Below are positions 46,058 to 56,706 of a stretch of DNA of 64,000 bases, piece after piece (position 1 is the stretch's first letter; the number at the start of each line of letters is the position of its first letter). A program made the translations under genes and the position numbers. The notes below the pieces were generated by a model that made no database searches, was not told the origin of the DNA, and saw only the letters and a program-made list of their open reading frames with translations. The DNA is from an uncultured euryarchaeote (GTDB taxonomy: Archaea > Thermoplasmatota > Poseidoniia > Poseidoniales > Poseidoniaceae): positions 1 to 64,000 of the forward strand of contig CALBRH010000060.1 of assembly GCA_937899865.1 (NCBI GenBank), written 5' to 3'.

Positions 46058-47827
46058 ATGGGCGAAGTTGGTCCTTTCAGAAGACTATTGTCCCATATGA
46101 AAGACCATAGGAAGACTATCCGTCTTGCTTCACTATGTTCTGTTACCAACAAAATTTGGGACTTAGCACCGCCTTTACTGATTGGTCTTGCAGTAGATGT
46201 TGTGGTGTTGAAAGAAGACTCGTTTCTAGCAAGTATGGGGTATAGTGATCCGTGGAATCAATTGATTTTGTTATCGGTTTTGACTTTTGCAATATGGGGG
46301 CTAGAGTCATTGTTTGAGTATTTTTATGGAGTTTTATGGCGAAATCTAGCACAAACTGTACAGCATGAATTAAGATTGGATACTTTCAATCATGTCCAGA
46401 AACAAGGAATGGGTTGGTTTGATGAGAGGCAGAAAGGAGATATCTTAGCGATATTAAATGATGATATCAACCAGTTAGAGCGATTTCTCGATAAAGGCGC
46501 TAATGATTTGCTGCAGGTTTCAACCACTGTATTAGTAGTCGGCGCAATTTTCTTGTTTATTTCATGGGAAGTTGCATTATTTGCCATTATTCCAATTCCG
46601 CTAATTGTCTGGGGTTCGTTCAAATATCAACGAAGTCTTGAACCAAAATACGCTGATGTTAGAAATGCGGCTGGAAAAATGAATGCTTTATTGGAAAACG
46701 ACTTATCTGGAATGTCTACTATCCAATCATTTACCTCAGAAGAAATTGAAGTTGATAGAGTTAGAAATCTAAGTGATGATTATCGTGAAGCAAATAGAAA
46801 GGCTATTCGCCTATCTGCTGCATTTACTCCATTAATTCGTATGGCAATACTTTGTGGATTTACTGCAACTTTGTTATTGGGTGGATGGTATACATTAGAG
46901 GGAGATTTAGCGGTTGGTGCTTATTCAGTTTTAGTTTTCATGACTCAAAGACTGCTTTGGCCATTGACCCGTCTTGGTGAAACATTTGACTTGTATCAAA
47001 GAGCGATGGCATCATCTACCAGAGTTTTAGATGTATTAACATCTGAAATAGAAATTAGTGAAGGCGCTTTTACTCCAAAGAGAGATATGATTGAAAATAG
47101 TGAAATTGTTTTTGAAAATGTAGATTTTTCATATACTGGCAGAGAAAATACATTCTCAGATCTATCACTAACTCTTTCTGCCGGAAAAACCACTGGTATT
47201 GTCGGCTCTACTGGTGCTGGAAAAACTACTCTTACACGCTTGCTGCTTAGATTTGCTCAACCAAACTCTGGCAGAATAGTTTGGGCAGGAAAGGGTATTG
47301 ATGAGTGGTCTTTGAAACATCTTCGCTCTTCAATAGCTTTAGTTGAGCAACATATCACATTATTTCCAACATCGATTCTTGAAAATATAAGATACGGTGA
47401 CGCTAATGCAACTGATGAAGAAGTGTATGAAGCGGCAAAGATTGCGGAAGTTAGTGAATTTGTCAACTCTCTACCGGAAAAATGGGATACTATGGTTGGT
47501 GAAGGCGGATACCGGTTATCTGGTGGCCAAAGGCAACGTTTGGCAATTGCTAGAGCAGTACTAAAGAATGCCCCGTTGCTTATCCTTGATGAGGCAACAT
47601 CTGCGGTTGATAATGAAACTGAAGCCGCACTTCAAAGATCGATTGAATTGGTTGGTAAAGACAGAACTACTGTAATTATCGCTCACCGGCTGTCAACCAT
47701 AAGGAGTGCAAATACGATTTTAGTTATGGATAATGGGAAAATTGTCGAACGTGGAACTCATGATGATTTAATTCAAAAAGAGGGCATATACCAAAAGTTA
47801 TGGAAGGTTCAAACGGGGGAAAAGTAG
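46058..47827 (+). CDS. ABC exporter, fused permease/ATPase (MsbA-like)
   Basis: 6-TM N-terminal half; GSTGAGKT, LSGGQRQR, ILDEATSAVD, IAHRLST. Confidence 0.92.
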   Translation: MGEVGPFRRLLSHMKDHRKTIRLASLCSVTNKIWDLAPPLLIGLAVDVVVLKEDSFLASMGYSDPWNQLILLSVLTFAIWGLESLFEYFYGVLWRNLAQTVQHELRLDTFNHVQKQGMGWFDERQKGDILAILNDDINQLERFLDKGANDLLQVSTTVLVVGAIFLFISWEVALFAIIPIPLIVWGSFKYQRSLEPKYADVRNAAGKMNALLENDLSGMSTIQSFTSEEIEVDRVRNLSDDYREANRKAIRLSAAFTPLIRMAILCGFTATLLLGGWYTLEGDLAVGAYSVLVFMTQRLLWPLTRLGETFDLYQRAMASSTRVLDVLTSEIEISEGAFTPKRDMIENSEIVFENVDFSYTGRENTFSDLSLTLSAGKTTGIVGSTGAGKTTLTRLLLRFAQPNSGRIVWAGKGIDEWSLKHLRSSIALVEQHITLFPTSILENIRYGDANATDEEVYEAAKIAEVSEFVNSLPEKWDTMVGEGGYRLSGGQRQRLAIARAVLKNAPLLILDEATSAVDNETEAALQRSIELVGKDRTTVIIAHRLSTIRSANTILVMDNGKIVERGTHDDLIQKEGIYQKLWKVQTGEK

Positions 47828-47898
47828 TTTTTTTTCGATAGTTAAAGAGATTAACACCGTTTTATAAGTATTAAGTCGTCGAGGCCGGTTTGAGAAAT

Positions 47899-48705
47899 AT
47901 GTTTAAATCAAACTTGAAGAGAACATCGAGCCTGCTTTTGATCGGAACCCTCGGCCTATTGGCGTTAGGAAACGTTAGTGCTAATGTTGCTGGAGATGGA
48001 TACATGGATGAGACCGATATGGTCGCTGTAACTTTCTGGCTTGCAACTGCTATGATGTTAGCATCTACCGTTTTCTTCATGTTAGAGCGCCAAAATGTAG
48101 CGCCAAAATGGCGAACTTCAATGACTGTTGCTGCACTGGTAACTGGTGTTGCTTGGTACCACTACACTTACATGAGGAAGCATTGGGAAGCTTTCGAAAC
48201 TTCTCCACTAGTTATGAGGTATATTGATTGGTTGATCACTGTACCACTTCAAGTTTCTGAGTTCTACCTAATACTTGCAGCAATTGGTGCTGCAACAGCC
48301 GCATTATTCTGGAGATTGTTTGGTGCTTCTCTAATTATGTTGCTTACTGGTTTCTTAGCAGAATCTGGTGAGTTGGATGATGGATTAACTTGGCCATTGT
48401 TCGTTATCGGTTGTGTTGCATGGATTTACATAATCTATGAAATATGGGCTGGTGAAGCAAAGAAGAATGTCGGTGATGCTAGTGAAGGTACTCAATTCGC
48501 TTTCAAAGCAATGGCTTTCATTCTAACATTTGGATGGGCCATCTATCCAATTGGTTTCATGATGGGAGAAAGTGGAGACGCTGGCGATATTGAAATGTTA
48601 AACATTCTATACAATGTTGCTGACGTAGTCAACAAGACTGCTTTTGGTCTAATGGTTTGGTATGCTGCTACAATGGATACCAAAGCATCTGGATCTGAAG
48701 AGTGA
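47899..48705 (+). CDS. Proteorhodopsin, DTE proton pump, blue-tuned (Gln105 equivalent)
   Basis: WYHYTYMR (His75 equivalent), RYIDWLITVPLQVSEF, GWAIYPIG, ADVVNKTAFG (retinal Lys). Confidence 0.95.
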   Translation: MFKSNLKRTSSLLLIGTLGLLALGNVSANVAGDGYMDETDMVAVTFWLATAMMLASTVFFMLERQNVAPKWRTSMTVAALVTGVAWYHYTYMRKHWEAFETSPLVMRYIDWLITVPLQVSEFYLILAAIGAATAALFWRLFGASLIMLLTGFLAESGELDDGLTWPLFVIGCVAWIYIIYEIWAGEAKKNVGDASEGTQFAFKAMAFILTFGWAIYPIGFMMGESGDAGDIEMLNILYNVADVVNKTAFGLMVWYAATMDTKASGSEE

Positions 48706-48774
48706 TGCCCATTAAGTTTGAGATATGTCATTGATAGTTAGCTATTGATGCTTGCTTTTGACATAATTTAAATT

Positions 48775-48873
48775 TCTACAACGCAGTAAAGGTGGCGTTA
48801 TTCCTTGGTAATATTCCCCCCCCCTCCGTGATTAAGTTCCCAGGGAATGCGCCAACCACTGTGCTATTGTAGA
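48775..48873 (+). ncRNA. Putative structured RNA: rod-like hairpin with a C-rich loop
   Basis: Nested complementary blocks TCTACAA/TTGTAGA, CGCAGT/ACTGTG, GGTGGCGT/GCGCCAACC, ATTCCTTGG/CCAGGGAAT, TAAT/ATTA; three G-U pairs favour the + strand. Confidence 0.4.
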
Positions 48874-48893
48874 ATGTCATTAGATTATTGGGT

Positions 48894-49736
48894 TTAGGCG
48901 TTTTTTGAAATAGTATATTCAATCGCATTTCTAAAAATCTGCAAGCCTTGTCCTTCCCAATCAATTTCAGATTCAGTTTGCGGCGCTGTGCCTCTAGTGA
49001 AATCTGGATGAAGCCATTGGGCGTAGATGGCTTCTGGGTGTGGCATTAAGCCAAAGACAAGGCCTGTTTTGTCGCAAATTCCTGCAATGTTCATCATACT
49101 CCCATTGGGTGAAATTGGGAATGGTAAAACTTGATTGTTATCTACATCATCATTACTATTTGGATCAATATATCGTACGGTAATCTGGTTATTGGCTGAT
49201 AGTTGAGTCAAACTCTCTCTGTCAGGCATTACATATTTCCCTTCACCATGCCTTACCGGGCAATCTATTCTAGTCATGCCCTTAGTCCAAATACAATTGC
49301 TATCTTGATTAAATTCTAATGTCACCCATCGATCTTCATATCTACCTGAGTCATTAAGTGTAAGGCTTGCTCTTTGAATGAAATCTGGCTCATTGCCATC
49401 AGGCCCCGGTAATAATCCTGTTTTTACTAAGACTTGGAAGCCATTACAAATACCAATTATCGGTTTATCTGCTTGAATAAATTTGGTTAATTCATCTCTA
49501 AGAGAAAATCGCATCCTATTACCCATCAATCTTCCACTACCAAGGTGGTCACCAAATGAGAATCCCCCTGGCACTGCAAGGATGTCGTAATTTGCTAAGT
49601 CGTCAGCCCCTGAGATAAATGAATTCAGATGTACTCTCGTAGAATTGCCACCAACCATTTCGAAAACCGCTGCGGTTTCATGATCGCAATTTATCCCAAA
49701 ACCAAACAACACTGCAACTTTTGGAATATACATCAT
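48894..49736 (-). CDS. purQ: Phosphoribosylformylglycinamidine synthase subunit PurQ
   Basis: GFGINCD, PGGFSFGD, GICNGFQVL, PVRHGEG, GLMPHPE. Confidence 0.95.
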   Translation of the reverse strand: MMYIPKVAVLFGFGINCDHETAAVFEMVGGNSTRVHLNSFISGADDLANYDILAVPGGFSFGDHLGSGRLMGNRMRFSLRDELTKFIQADKPIIGICNGFQVLVKTGLLPGPDGNEPDFIQRASLTLNDSGRYEDRWVTLEFNQDSNCIWTKGMTRIDCPVRHGEGKYVMPDRESLTQLSANNQITVRYIDPNSNDDVDNNQVLPFPISPNGSMMNIAGICDKTGLVFGLMPHPEAIYAQWLHPDFTRGTAPQTESEIDWEGQGLQIFRNAIEYTISKNA

Positions 49737-52700
49737 ATCTCACCCCCGGTCATATCAAGAGTGCTTTGCCAAGATTGTACCATTTGAGATACGTCGGCTG
49801 ATATTATCTCATCAAATCCATCTGTTATGGATAATGATTGGGTGTTTTCGATAGTGCCTAGATATGTTGTTGTGCTGCCTGCCATTTGTTTTAGGAAATC
49901 TGTTTCATTTTCAGGAGAGACTGCAATAACAATTCTACCGAGTGACTCTCCCCATAAACGGGACCAAAGGGTGCCTTTTCCTGTTCCATCAATGTCTATT
50001 TTAGCACCGATTCTTCCACCGATGCACATCTCTGCAAGTGCAACTCCCAAGCCACCTTCTGAACAATCGTGAGCTGTTTTTACTAGACCAGAATTGATAG
50101 CAGAACTTAGGGAATGATATGATTTGAACAATTTTTCTGGATTATCTAGGCTAGGAACTTTACCTCCGATTCCTTTTGCTTGGCCTCTTTCTTTGAGCAT
50201 AAAGGAAACTTCTGAAGCACCCAATTCGTCCATCGATTCGCCAACCAAATATATTCTATCACCAGGGTTTTTGAAATCACTAGTTGCTGTGTTTCTAACG
50301 TCAGGATGGTCGCCAAATAGCGAGAATAGTAATGTAGGTGGAATAGAAATCTTATCAGCTCCTTTACCATAATCATTCTTCATTGAGTCTTTACCGCTAA
50401 CGCAAGGTAAACGATAAGCGCGACAAATTCGTTCTAATTCTCTATTGGCTCGAACTAATTGGGCAAGTTTGAATTTACCATCTGGGGTTTTCTCGGATTG
50501 GATTGGATCTGGCCAGCAAAAGTTGTCAAGTCCAGCGATTTTGTTGACATCTACTCCAACGCAGACAGCATTTCTAACCGCTTCATCAATGGCTGCAGCC
50601 GCCATTGCTCCAGCATCAATATCTGAATAACGAGGAGAGATCCCGCATGAAACTACTAAACCTCTAGGATTGCCGTGAATTGGTGCAATTACTCCCGCAT
50701 CACCCGGCCCATCTCTTTCAATTCCAACAAATGGTTTCACCGCAGTTTGAGCGATGACTTCGTGATCATATTGCCGTACCCAGGTTTCCTTACTAGCAAT
50801 ATTTGGCCGAGCCAATAAATCGAGTAAGATGTTGTTGTGGTCTGCGTTTATTGGAGCCTCAAATAATTCATGTTGGGGTGGGTTCCATTCGGATTCTAAT
50901 TCTAATTGAGGGACTCCATCATGTAAAAATTCGATTGGTAAGTATGCTACTGTTTCATCATCATATTGTACATGGAACATACCTGTAGAGGTGAATTCGG
51001 CAACTGCTGTTGCTTCAACCTCATGTAGTGAGGCGAGGTTTTCAAAGGCGTCTACATCCTCTGGTTTTACCGCTACAGTCATCCTTTCTTGGCTCTCTGA
51101 AACCAATATTTCCCAAGGTGAAAGCCCTGGTTGTTTTAGTGGTACTTTGGCTAAATCAATTTTACAACCATTAGTATATTCTGCCATTTCTCCTATCGAA
51201 GAAGATAGCCCGCCTGCACCATTATCTGTAATACAGGTAATCAAACCAATATCTCTTGCTTCAAGAATCATGTCTATCATTTTCTTTTGGGTGATTGGGT
51301 CGCCTATCTGAACCGCGCTGGATGGAGATTCTTCTGTTAATTCAAGTGATGAAAAGGTGGCTCCATGAATTCCATCATATCCAACCCTTCCTCCAACCAT
51401 ATAGACTACATCTCCAGCGCTTGGCGTCTTGATATGAGATTCTCTACCATCTGGAAGTTTTCTTGGCATTAGACCTACAGTACCACAATAAACCAATGGC
51501 TTGCCCAAATACCTCTCATCAAATATGATTGCTCCATTAATTGTCGGAATTCCAGATTCATTACCTCCTACTCGGACTCCTGAATGGACGCCACGTAATA
51601 CTCGAGAGGGGTGAAATAAATTCTCAGGAATTTCTCCTTGCCAATCAGGTGGGCCGAAACAGAAAACATCTGTATTAGCGATTGGTCTTGCACCAAGTCC
51701 GGTTCCAAGTATATCTCTATTGACACCAACGATGCCAGTCATCGCACCGCCATAAGGGTCTAATGCAGAGGGGGAGTTGTGTGTTTCAGCTTTCATGCAT
51801 ACGCTCCATTCATCATCCCAAGCAATAACTCCAGAGTTATCGTGGAATACTGAAAGTAGCCAATCTACCTCTTTTTGCATATCATGAGTTGGTTTCATAA
51901 TATGGGTTTTGAAAATTGAATCTACAACAGAATCTTCTCCGGTTTCCAAATCTTTGTGATGGATTTTTGATGCGAATATCTTGTGTTTACAGTGTTCGCT
52001 CCATGTCTGTGCTAAGCATTCTAACTCGACGTCTGTTGGTTTGTTTTCAACAATACCAACGCCGCGACGTGAATTTTGTATTGCTTCATCGCGATAGTGT
52101 GATTGTATGGCTTTCATCTCTTCGAGATTAAGAGCTAATAGTCCCGTTTCTGAAATATCAATAAGTTCATTGTCACCTATTTCTAAATCTATATGCGCTG
52201 GTTGCTTGAATTCTTGTGGGGGTTTTTCTGGATATTCGATCATTGGCCAATTATTTTGTTGGCACATTTCACTATCAGAAACCACTGCTCTTTCAATCAA
52301 ATTATTGTATAATTTTGATGCAATGAATTCTGGTGTTGCTTGCCCGTTGACCCCATAAAAGGCATAAGTGATGTAAGTCGAAATGTCTGAATCGATACTT
52401 GCATCTGGAAAAATAGTTCTGAACCCATCTAGTGCAGCCTTGCCTGGGTTATCTGTAACACCAGGTTTGAAACCAACTGAAATTACTGCATCGGGAGTTG
52501 ATTCGAAAATATCTTTTGACTCCAAAAAGGTTTGATTTAATGTCGAATGTTCAATAATAGGATCTGCAAATAAATCATCGGCCCTTTCCGATATGGAACT
52601 GGAATCAATATCTGAACTAATTAGAAACCCAACTATACTTCTAACTTCACTAAAAGTAATACCATAATCGGCTTGTAATCTACGCCTAACTACATCTCCT

Positions 52701-52759
52701 CGTACATCTCTAAGTCCTTCGCCTGACTTAGGTGTTGCTTCAACTCGAGTGATTTGCAT
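49733..52759 (-). CDS. purL: Phosphoribosylformylglycinamidine synthase PurL with an N-terminal PurS-like extension
   Basis: AQTWSEHCKHK, KAETHNSPS, GGAMTGIVGVNRD, DNGAGGLSSS, SESQERM, SGKDS, HDCSEGGL. Confidence 0.93.
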   Translation of the reverse strand: MQITRVEATPKSGEGLRDVRGDVVRRRLQADYGITFSEVRSIVGFLISSDIDSSSISERADDLFADPIIEHSTLNQTFLESKDIFESTPDAVISVGFKPGVTDNPGKAALDGFRTIFPDASIDSDISTYITYAFYGVNGQATPEFIASKLYNNLIERAVVSDSEMCQQNNWPMIEYPEKPPQEFKQPAHIDLEIGDNELIDISETGLLALNLEEMKAIQSHYRDEAIQNSRRGVGIVENKPTDVELECLAQTWSEHCKHKIFASKIHHKDLETGEDSVVDSIFKTHIMKPTHDMQKEVDWLLSVFHDNSGVIAWDDEWSVCMKAETHNSPSALDPYGGAMTGIVGVNRDILGTGLGARPIANTDVFCFGPPDWQGEIPENLFHPSRVLRGVHSGVRVGGNESGIPTINGAIIFDERYLGKPLVYCGTVGLMPRKLPDGRESHIKTPSAGDVVYMVGGRVGYDGIHGATFSSLELTEESPSSAVQIGDPITQKKMIDMILEARDIGLITCITDNGAGGLSSSIGEMAEYTNGCKIDLAKVPLKQPGLSPWEILVSESQERMTVAVKPEDVDAFENLASLHEVEATAVAEFTSTGMFHVQYDDETVAYLPIEFLHDGVPQLELESEWNPPQHELFEAPINADHNNILLDLLARPNIASKETWVRQYDHEVIAQTAVKPFVGIERDGPGDAGVIAPIHGNPRGLVVSCGISPRYSDIDAGAMAAAAIDEAVRNAVCVGVDVNKIAGLDNFCWPDPIQSEKTPDGKFKLAQLVRANRELERICRAYRLPCVSGKDSMKNDYGKGADKISIPPTLLFSLFGDHPDVRNTATSDFKNPGDRIYLVGESMDELGASEVSFMLKERGQAKGIGGKVPSLDNPEKLFKSYHSLSSAINSGLVKTAHDCSEGGLGVALAEMCIGGRIGAKIDIDGTGKGTLWSRLWGESLGRIVIAVSPENETDFLKQMAGSTTTYLGTIENTQSLSITDGFDEIISADVSQMVQSWQSTLDMTGGEI

Positions 52760-52827
52760 CGCGGTCGCCTACTGGGGGGGTCATATTGATGGCGGCCAAT
52801 ACGCTCTTTGAACAATACGGAAGAATG

Positions 52828-55758
52828 TCAAAGTATTTCTTTAAGATATTGTCCAGTAAAACTGTGTATATTATCGGCGATTTTTTCTGGCGTTCCATGT
52901 GCGATTAGTTGGCCGCCGCGGTCGCCTCCTTCAGGGCCTAAATCAATGACCCAGTCACTGGATTTAACAACATCTAAATGGTGTTCAATGACTATTACCG
53001 TGTGCCCTTTGCCACGTAATTCTAACAACACATCAATCAGCATTTGAACATCTGATAGTGCTAGCCCGGTTGTCGGTTCGTCAAGGATGTAAACTGTGTG
53101 TTTGTTAGGAGGTCTGCGTAGTTCACTAGCGAGTTTTACTCTTTGCGCTTCACCACCAGATAATGTTGTAGCAGGTTGGCCAAGTCTAACATAAGATAGT
53201 CCTACAGCGCATAGGGTGTCTAAAGTTCGATGAATTTTTTTATGATTTTCAAAGAATTTTGTAGCTTCACCAATCGGCATCTCAAGGATATCGTGGATGG
53301 TTTTGCCTTTCCACGTCACTTCAAGACATTCTCTGGTGTATCTTTTCCCTTCACAAACATCACAAGTGATCCAAACATCGGGTAAGAAGTTCATTTCCAA
53401 CTTAATTGAGCCTGCGCCACTACAAGCTTCACACCTGCCCCCCTTTACATTGAAACTGAAGTTTCCTGGAGTATAACCTCTTTCTTTAGACAAGGTTGTT
53501 TGGGCAAATAATTTTCTAATTTCATCGAATACTTTTGTGTAAGTTGCTGGATTGGAGCGGGGGGTTCGACCAATTGGGGATTGATCTATGATAATCGCCT
53601 TGTCTATTTTCTCAATTCCTTCAACACTCTTGTGCTTTCCAGGAGAAGTATCCGCATTATGTAATGACCGTTGCAGGATTGGTGCAAGAATACCAGAAAC
53701 AAGTGATGATTTTCCAGAGCCAGAAACTCCTGTTACAGATGTCATACAGCCTAGTGGAAATTCAACATTTATCGATTGTAAATTATTATGTTTAGCACCT
53801 TTAATTTTTATTTTATCTTTGGTTGGTTTCTTTCTTTTAACAGGAGGTTCTATGGCTTTTCTACCACTTAAGTAGGCTCCTGTAATGGATTCTTCAGCCT
53901 TCATTACTTCTTCTGGCGGCCCATTTGCAACAACGGTTCCTCCTTCTAATCCCGCCCCTGGTCCTAAGTCACAAAGCCAATCTGCTTGTCTTAATGTGTC
54001 TTCATCGTGTTCAACTACGATTAGGGTGTTTCCTAAATCGCTTAACTCTCGAAGTGTTGCAAGTAATCTTGAATTATCTCTTTGGTGTAAACCAATTGAT
54101 GGTTCGTCAAGAACATACATCACACCTGTCAACCTGCTACCGATTTGAGTTGCCAATCTAATTCTTTGACTTTCACCACCAGATAATGTGTTGGCTTTTC
54201 TATCTAAAGTAAGATAATCAAGCCCAACGCTGTTAAGGAAATCAAGTCGGCTTTCGATTTCTTTCAAAATTTCATTGCCGATGAATAGGCTCTTTTCATC
54301 CAGTATCTCTAATTGGTCGGCATACATTTCCGGTGGCCCGTTCTCATTTTCTGGACGCCATGCTTTGACTAATTCTAAACTATCATGGATAGAACATGAA
54401 GAAACTTCTGGGAGTCTAATTCCCCCAACAGTTACATGTCTGGCTGCTGCGTTTAATTTCTCACCATTACAATCAGCACAAGGTAAATCTGTCATGCAAT
54501 TAATCAGCCGACCTCTGGTTCTATCCGATGAGGTTTCAGTATAGGTTTTCTCAAGCCTTGGGATTATTCCCTCCCATGGACGATTCATTTTGTAAACAGA
54601 GCCATTATCTGATTCAAAATGGAAGTTAATTACAGTAGATCCTGAGCCATGTAATAGAATGTCTTGCTCATCATCTGATAGTAATTTGAATGGTACATGT
54701 GATGGTATACTGTAGTGTTCTGCGACTTGCTCAAGCAATCTTCGGTACCAAGATGGTGACATTGAGCGCCTCCATGGCCTAACACACCCATTACTAATGG
54801 TCATTTCATAATCGATTACTAATTCAACGTTGAATTGTCTTTGTACACCTAAACCTTGACAGCTGCTACAAGCACCGAGTGGAGAATTAAATGAAAATAC
54901 TCTAGGAGATAATTCAGGCATAAATGCACCGTGTTCCGGACAAGCAAAATCTTCTGACCATGAGATTATTGCACCCGCTTTGTGTTCTCTTGACTTGCTG
55001 CCTTTTGGTAGTGATAAATTCTCAGAAGGTTGTTTCAAACTCTCTATTGCAAGAGCCCCTCCACCCAATTTAAGAGATGATTCTACTGCTTCAGTAAGCC
55101 TCTGTCGGGATTTCCTACGACAAACAAAACGGTCAATTCTCACATCAATATCGTGACGGAAGTTTTTGTCTAAATCTGGTGGTGACTCGAACTCAGCATC
55201 GTGGCCATTTACCTTACCATTCAGAAAACCTTGTTCTACTAACTGCCTGAACAAATCTTGGTGAGTGCCTTTTCTTGCTCTAATGACTGGTGACCAAACT
55301 GCAATTGTATGTTCTTCGAGATTCCATAAAATATCGTCGACTATTTCCTGTACGGTTCGGCGCGCAACCTCTACACCGCATGTAGGACAGTGTGGCTTGC
55401 CGATTCTCGCCCAAAGTAAACGTAAGTAATCTTGAATTTCCGTTACTGTTGCAACTGTTGAACGTGGATTGTGGCTACCTTGTTTTTGATCTATTGAAAT
55501 GGCTGGAGATAGCCCTTCTATTCCATCACAATCGGCTTTTTTCATCTGCCCGATGAATTGCCTTGCATATGATGAAAGGCTCTCAACATATCTTCTCTGG
55601 CCTTCAGCGTATAGAGTATCAAAAGCCAAACTAGACTTGCCTGAACCTGAAACCCCCGAGACTACAACAAATTTACCTCTTGGTAATTTAACATCGATAT
55701 TTTTCAAGTTGTGAGTTCGAGCACCGCGCACGGTTATCCAATCTTGATTATCACTCAT
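52828..55758 (-). CDS. uvrA: Excinuclease ABC subunit A
   Basis: GARTHNLKN, SGVSGSGKSSLAFDT, LSGGESQRIRLA, TGVSGSGKSSL, LSGGEAQRVKL, LGPEGGDRGG. Confidence 0.97.
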   Translation of the reverse strand: MSDNQDWITVRGARTHNLKNIDVKLPRGKFVVVSGVSGSGKSSLAFDTLYAEGQRRYVESLSSYARQFIGQMKKADCDGIEGLSPAISIDQKQGSHNPRSTVATVTEIQDYLRLLWARIGKPHCPTCGVEVARRTVQEIVDDILWNLEEHTIAVWSPVIRARKGTHQDLFRQLVEQGFLNGKVNGHDAEFESPPDLDKNFRHDIDVRIDRFVCRRKSRQRLTEAVESSLKLGGGALAIESLKQPSENLSLPKGSKSREHKAGAIISWSEDFACPEHGAFMPELSPRVFSFNSPLGACSSCQGLGVQRQFNVELVIDYEMTISNGCVRPWRRSMSPSWYRRLLEQVAEHYSIPSHVPFKLLSDDEQDILLHGSGSTVINFHFESDNGSVYKMNRPWEGIIPRLEKTYTETSSDRTRGRLINCMTDLPCADCNGEKLNAAARHVTVGGIRLPEVSSCSIHDSLELVKAWRPENENGPPEMYADQLEILDEKSLFIGNEILKEIESRLDFLNSVGLDYLTLDRKANTLSGGESQRIRLATQIGSRLTGVMYVLDEPSIGLHQRDNSRLLATLRELSDLGNTLIVVEHDEDTLRQADWLCDLGPGAGLEGGTVVANGPPEEVMKAEESITGAYLSGRKAIEPPVKRKKPTKDKIKIKGAKHNNLQSINVEFPLGCMTSVTGVSGSGKSSLVSGILAPILQRSLHNADTSPGKHKSVEGIEKIDKAIIIDQSPIGRTPRSNPATYTKVFDEIRKLFAQTTLSKERGYTPGNFSFNVKGGRCEACSGAGSIKLEMNFLPDVWITCDVCEGKRYTRECLEVTWKGKTIHDILEMPIGEATKFFENHKKIHRTLDTLCAVGLSYVRLGQPATTLSGGEAQRVKLASELRRPPNKHTVYILDEPTTGLALSDVQMLIDVLLELRGKGHTVIVIEHHLDVVKSSDWVIDLGPEGGDRGGQLIAHGTPEKIADNIHSFTGQYLKEIL

Positions 55759-55825
55759 GGCCTCACCTAATTATGATTGGATGGCAAGAGTTCAATAAGT
55801 CCTCTATTTGAATTGATGGTTTGTA

Positions 55826-56698
55826 TCATAATTTGCCAAAATTATGTTTAGCCTCAAACCGCATCGGTTCATCGCTTTGTGGATGAAGGAATTCCAAAGA
55901 TGTTGCATGTAAACATATTCGTGAGACTGGGTTGGTTTGTGCGCCGTGTAAAGTGTCGCCAACTATTGGGTGACCTATTGATTTCATCGCCATGCGAATT
56001 TGGTGCCTACGACCGGTTTCAATCATTAATCTAACAAGTGATGATGAATCATGAGTGGACAAAACCTCCCAATGAGTTATTGCTAGTTTGCCGTGTTTAT
56101 TTGTCTTAGATGTTGGGTTGATGTTGAGATGTTTGTCTTCTATGAGATATTGTTCTACGGTTCCAGATTTTGGGAGTAATTTTCCTTCAACTAAAGCGTG
56201 GTAGATTCGATAAACTGAGCGTGTGGAAAATTGTTCTTGGAGGTATTCTTTACCAGATTTGGTTTTTGCGAGAAGCATTATTCCTGATGTTTCTTTATCC
56301 AATCGGTGAACTATGTAAGCCCAAGCTTTGACATCGTTTTGTTTTAAGTAATCTACACATTTTGAATGAAGTGTGTTGTCCTCTAATTTATCGGTTGCCA
56401 CAGACAATAATTTTGCCGGTTTTTCAACAACTAAGATATAATCATCTTCATAAATTATATCGATTGATAGATTCTTTACTTTGATTTTTGATTGAGAGGT
56501 TTGTACTTGTGTTGGATTATCGAGTAGTTCGAAAATATCATTTTTCTGTAGTTTGTATTTAGCCTTATGAACTATTTCTGAATTTATTTTAATGCGCCCA
56601 TTGGACAACATTTTTCGCAATTTATTGGTTGATGATTTGGGGAAGATTTGTTTAAGCAGATCTAATAATTCTATTTCATCGGTGATTGTTTTTTTCAT
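55826..56698 (-). CDS. RluA-family pseudouridine synthase
   Basis: IIYEDD..VVEKP, IVHRLDKETSG, ETGRRHQIR, PIVGDTLHG, LHA. Confidence 0.9.
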   Translation of the reverse strand: MKKTITDEIELLDLLKQIFPKSSTNKLRKMLSNGRIKINSEIVHKAKYKLQKNDIFELLDNPTQVQTSQSKIKVKNLSIDIIYEDDYILVVEKPAKLLSVATDKLEDNTLHSKCVDYLKQNDVKAWAYIVHRLDKETSGIMLLAKTKSGKEYLQEQFSTRSVYRIYHALVEGKLLPKSGTVEQYLIEDKHLNINPTSKTNKHGKLAITHWEVLSTHDSSSLVRLMIETGRRHQIRMAMKSIGHPIVGDTLHGAQTNPVSRICLHATSLEFLHPQSDEPMRFEAKHNFGKL

Positions 56699-56706
56699 TA
56701 TCTCAC

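Noticed and set aside
48775-48873. SRP RNA, tRNA remnant or purine riboswitch
   Set aside because: No SRP helix-8 motif and no cloverleaf; it lies 3' of purQ, not in a leader.
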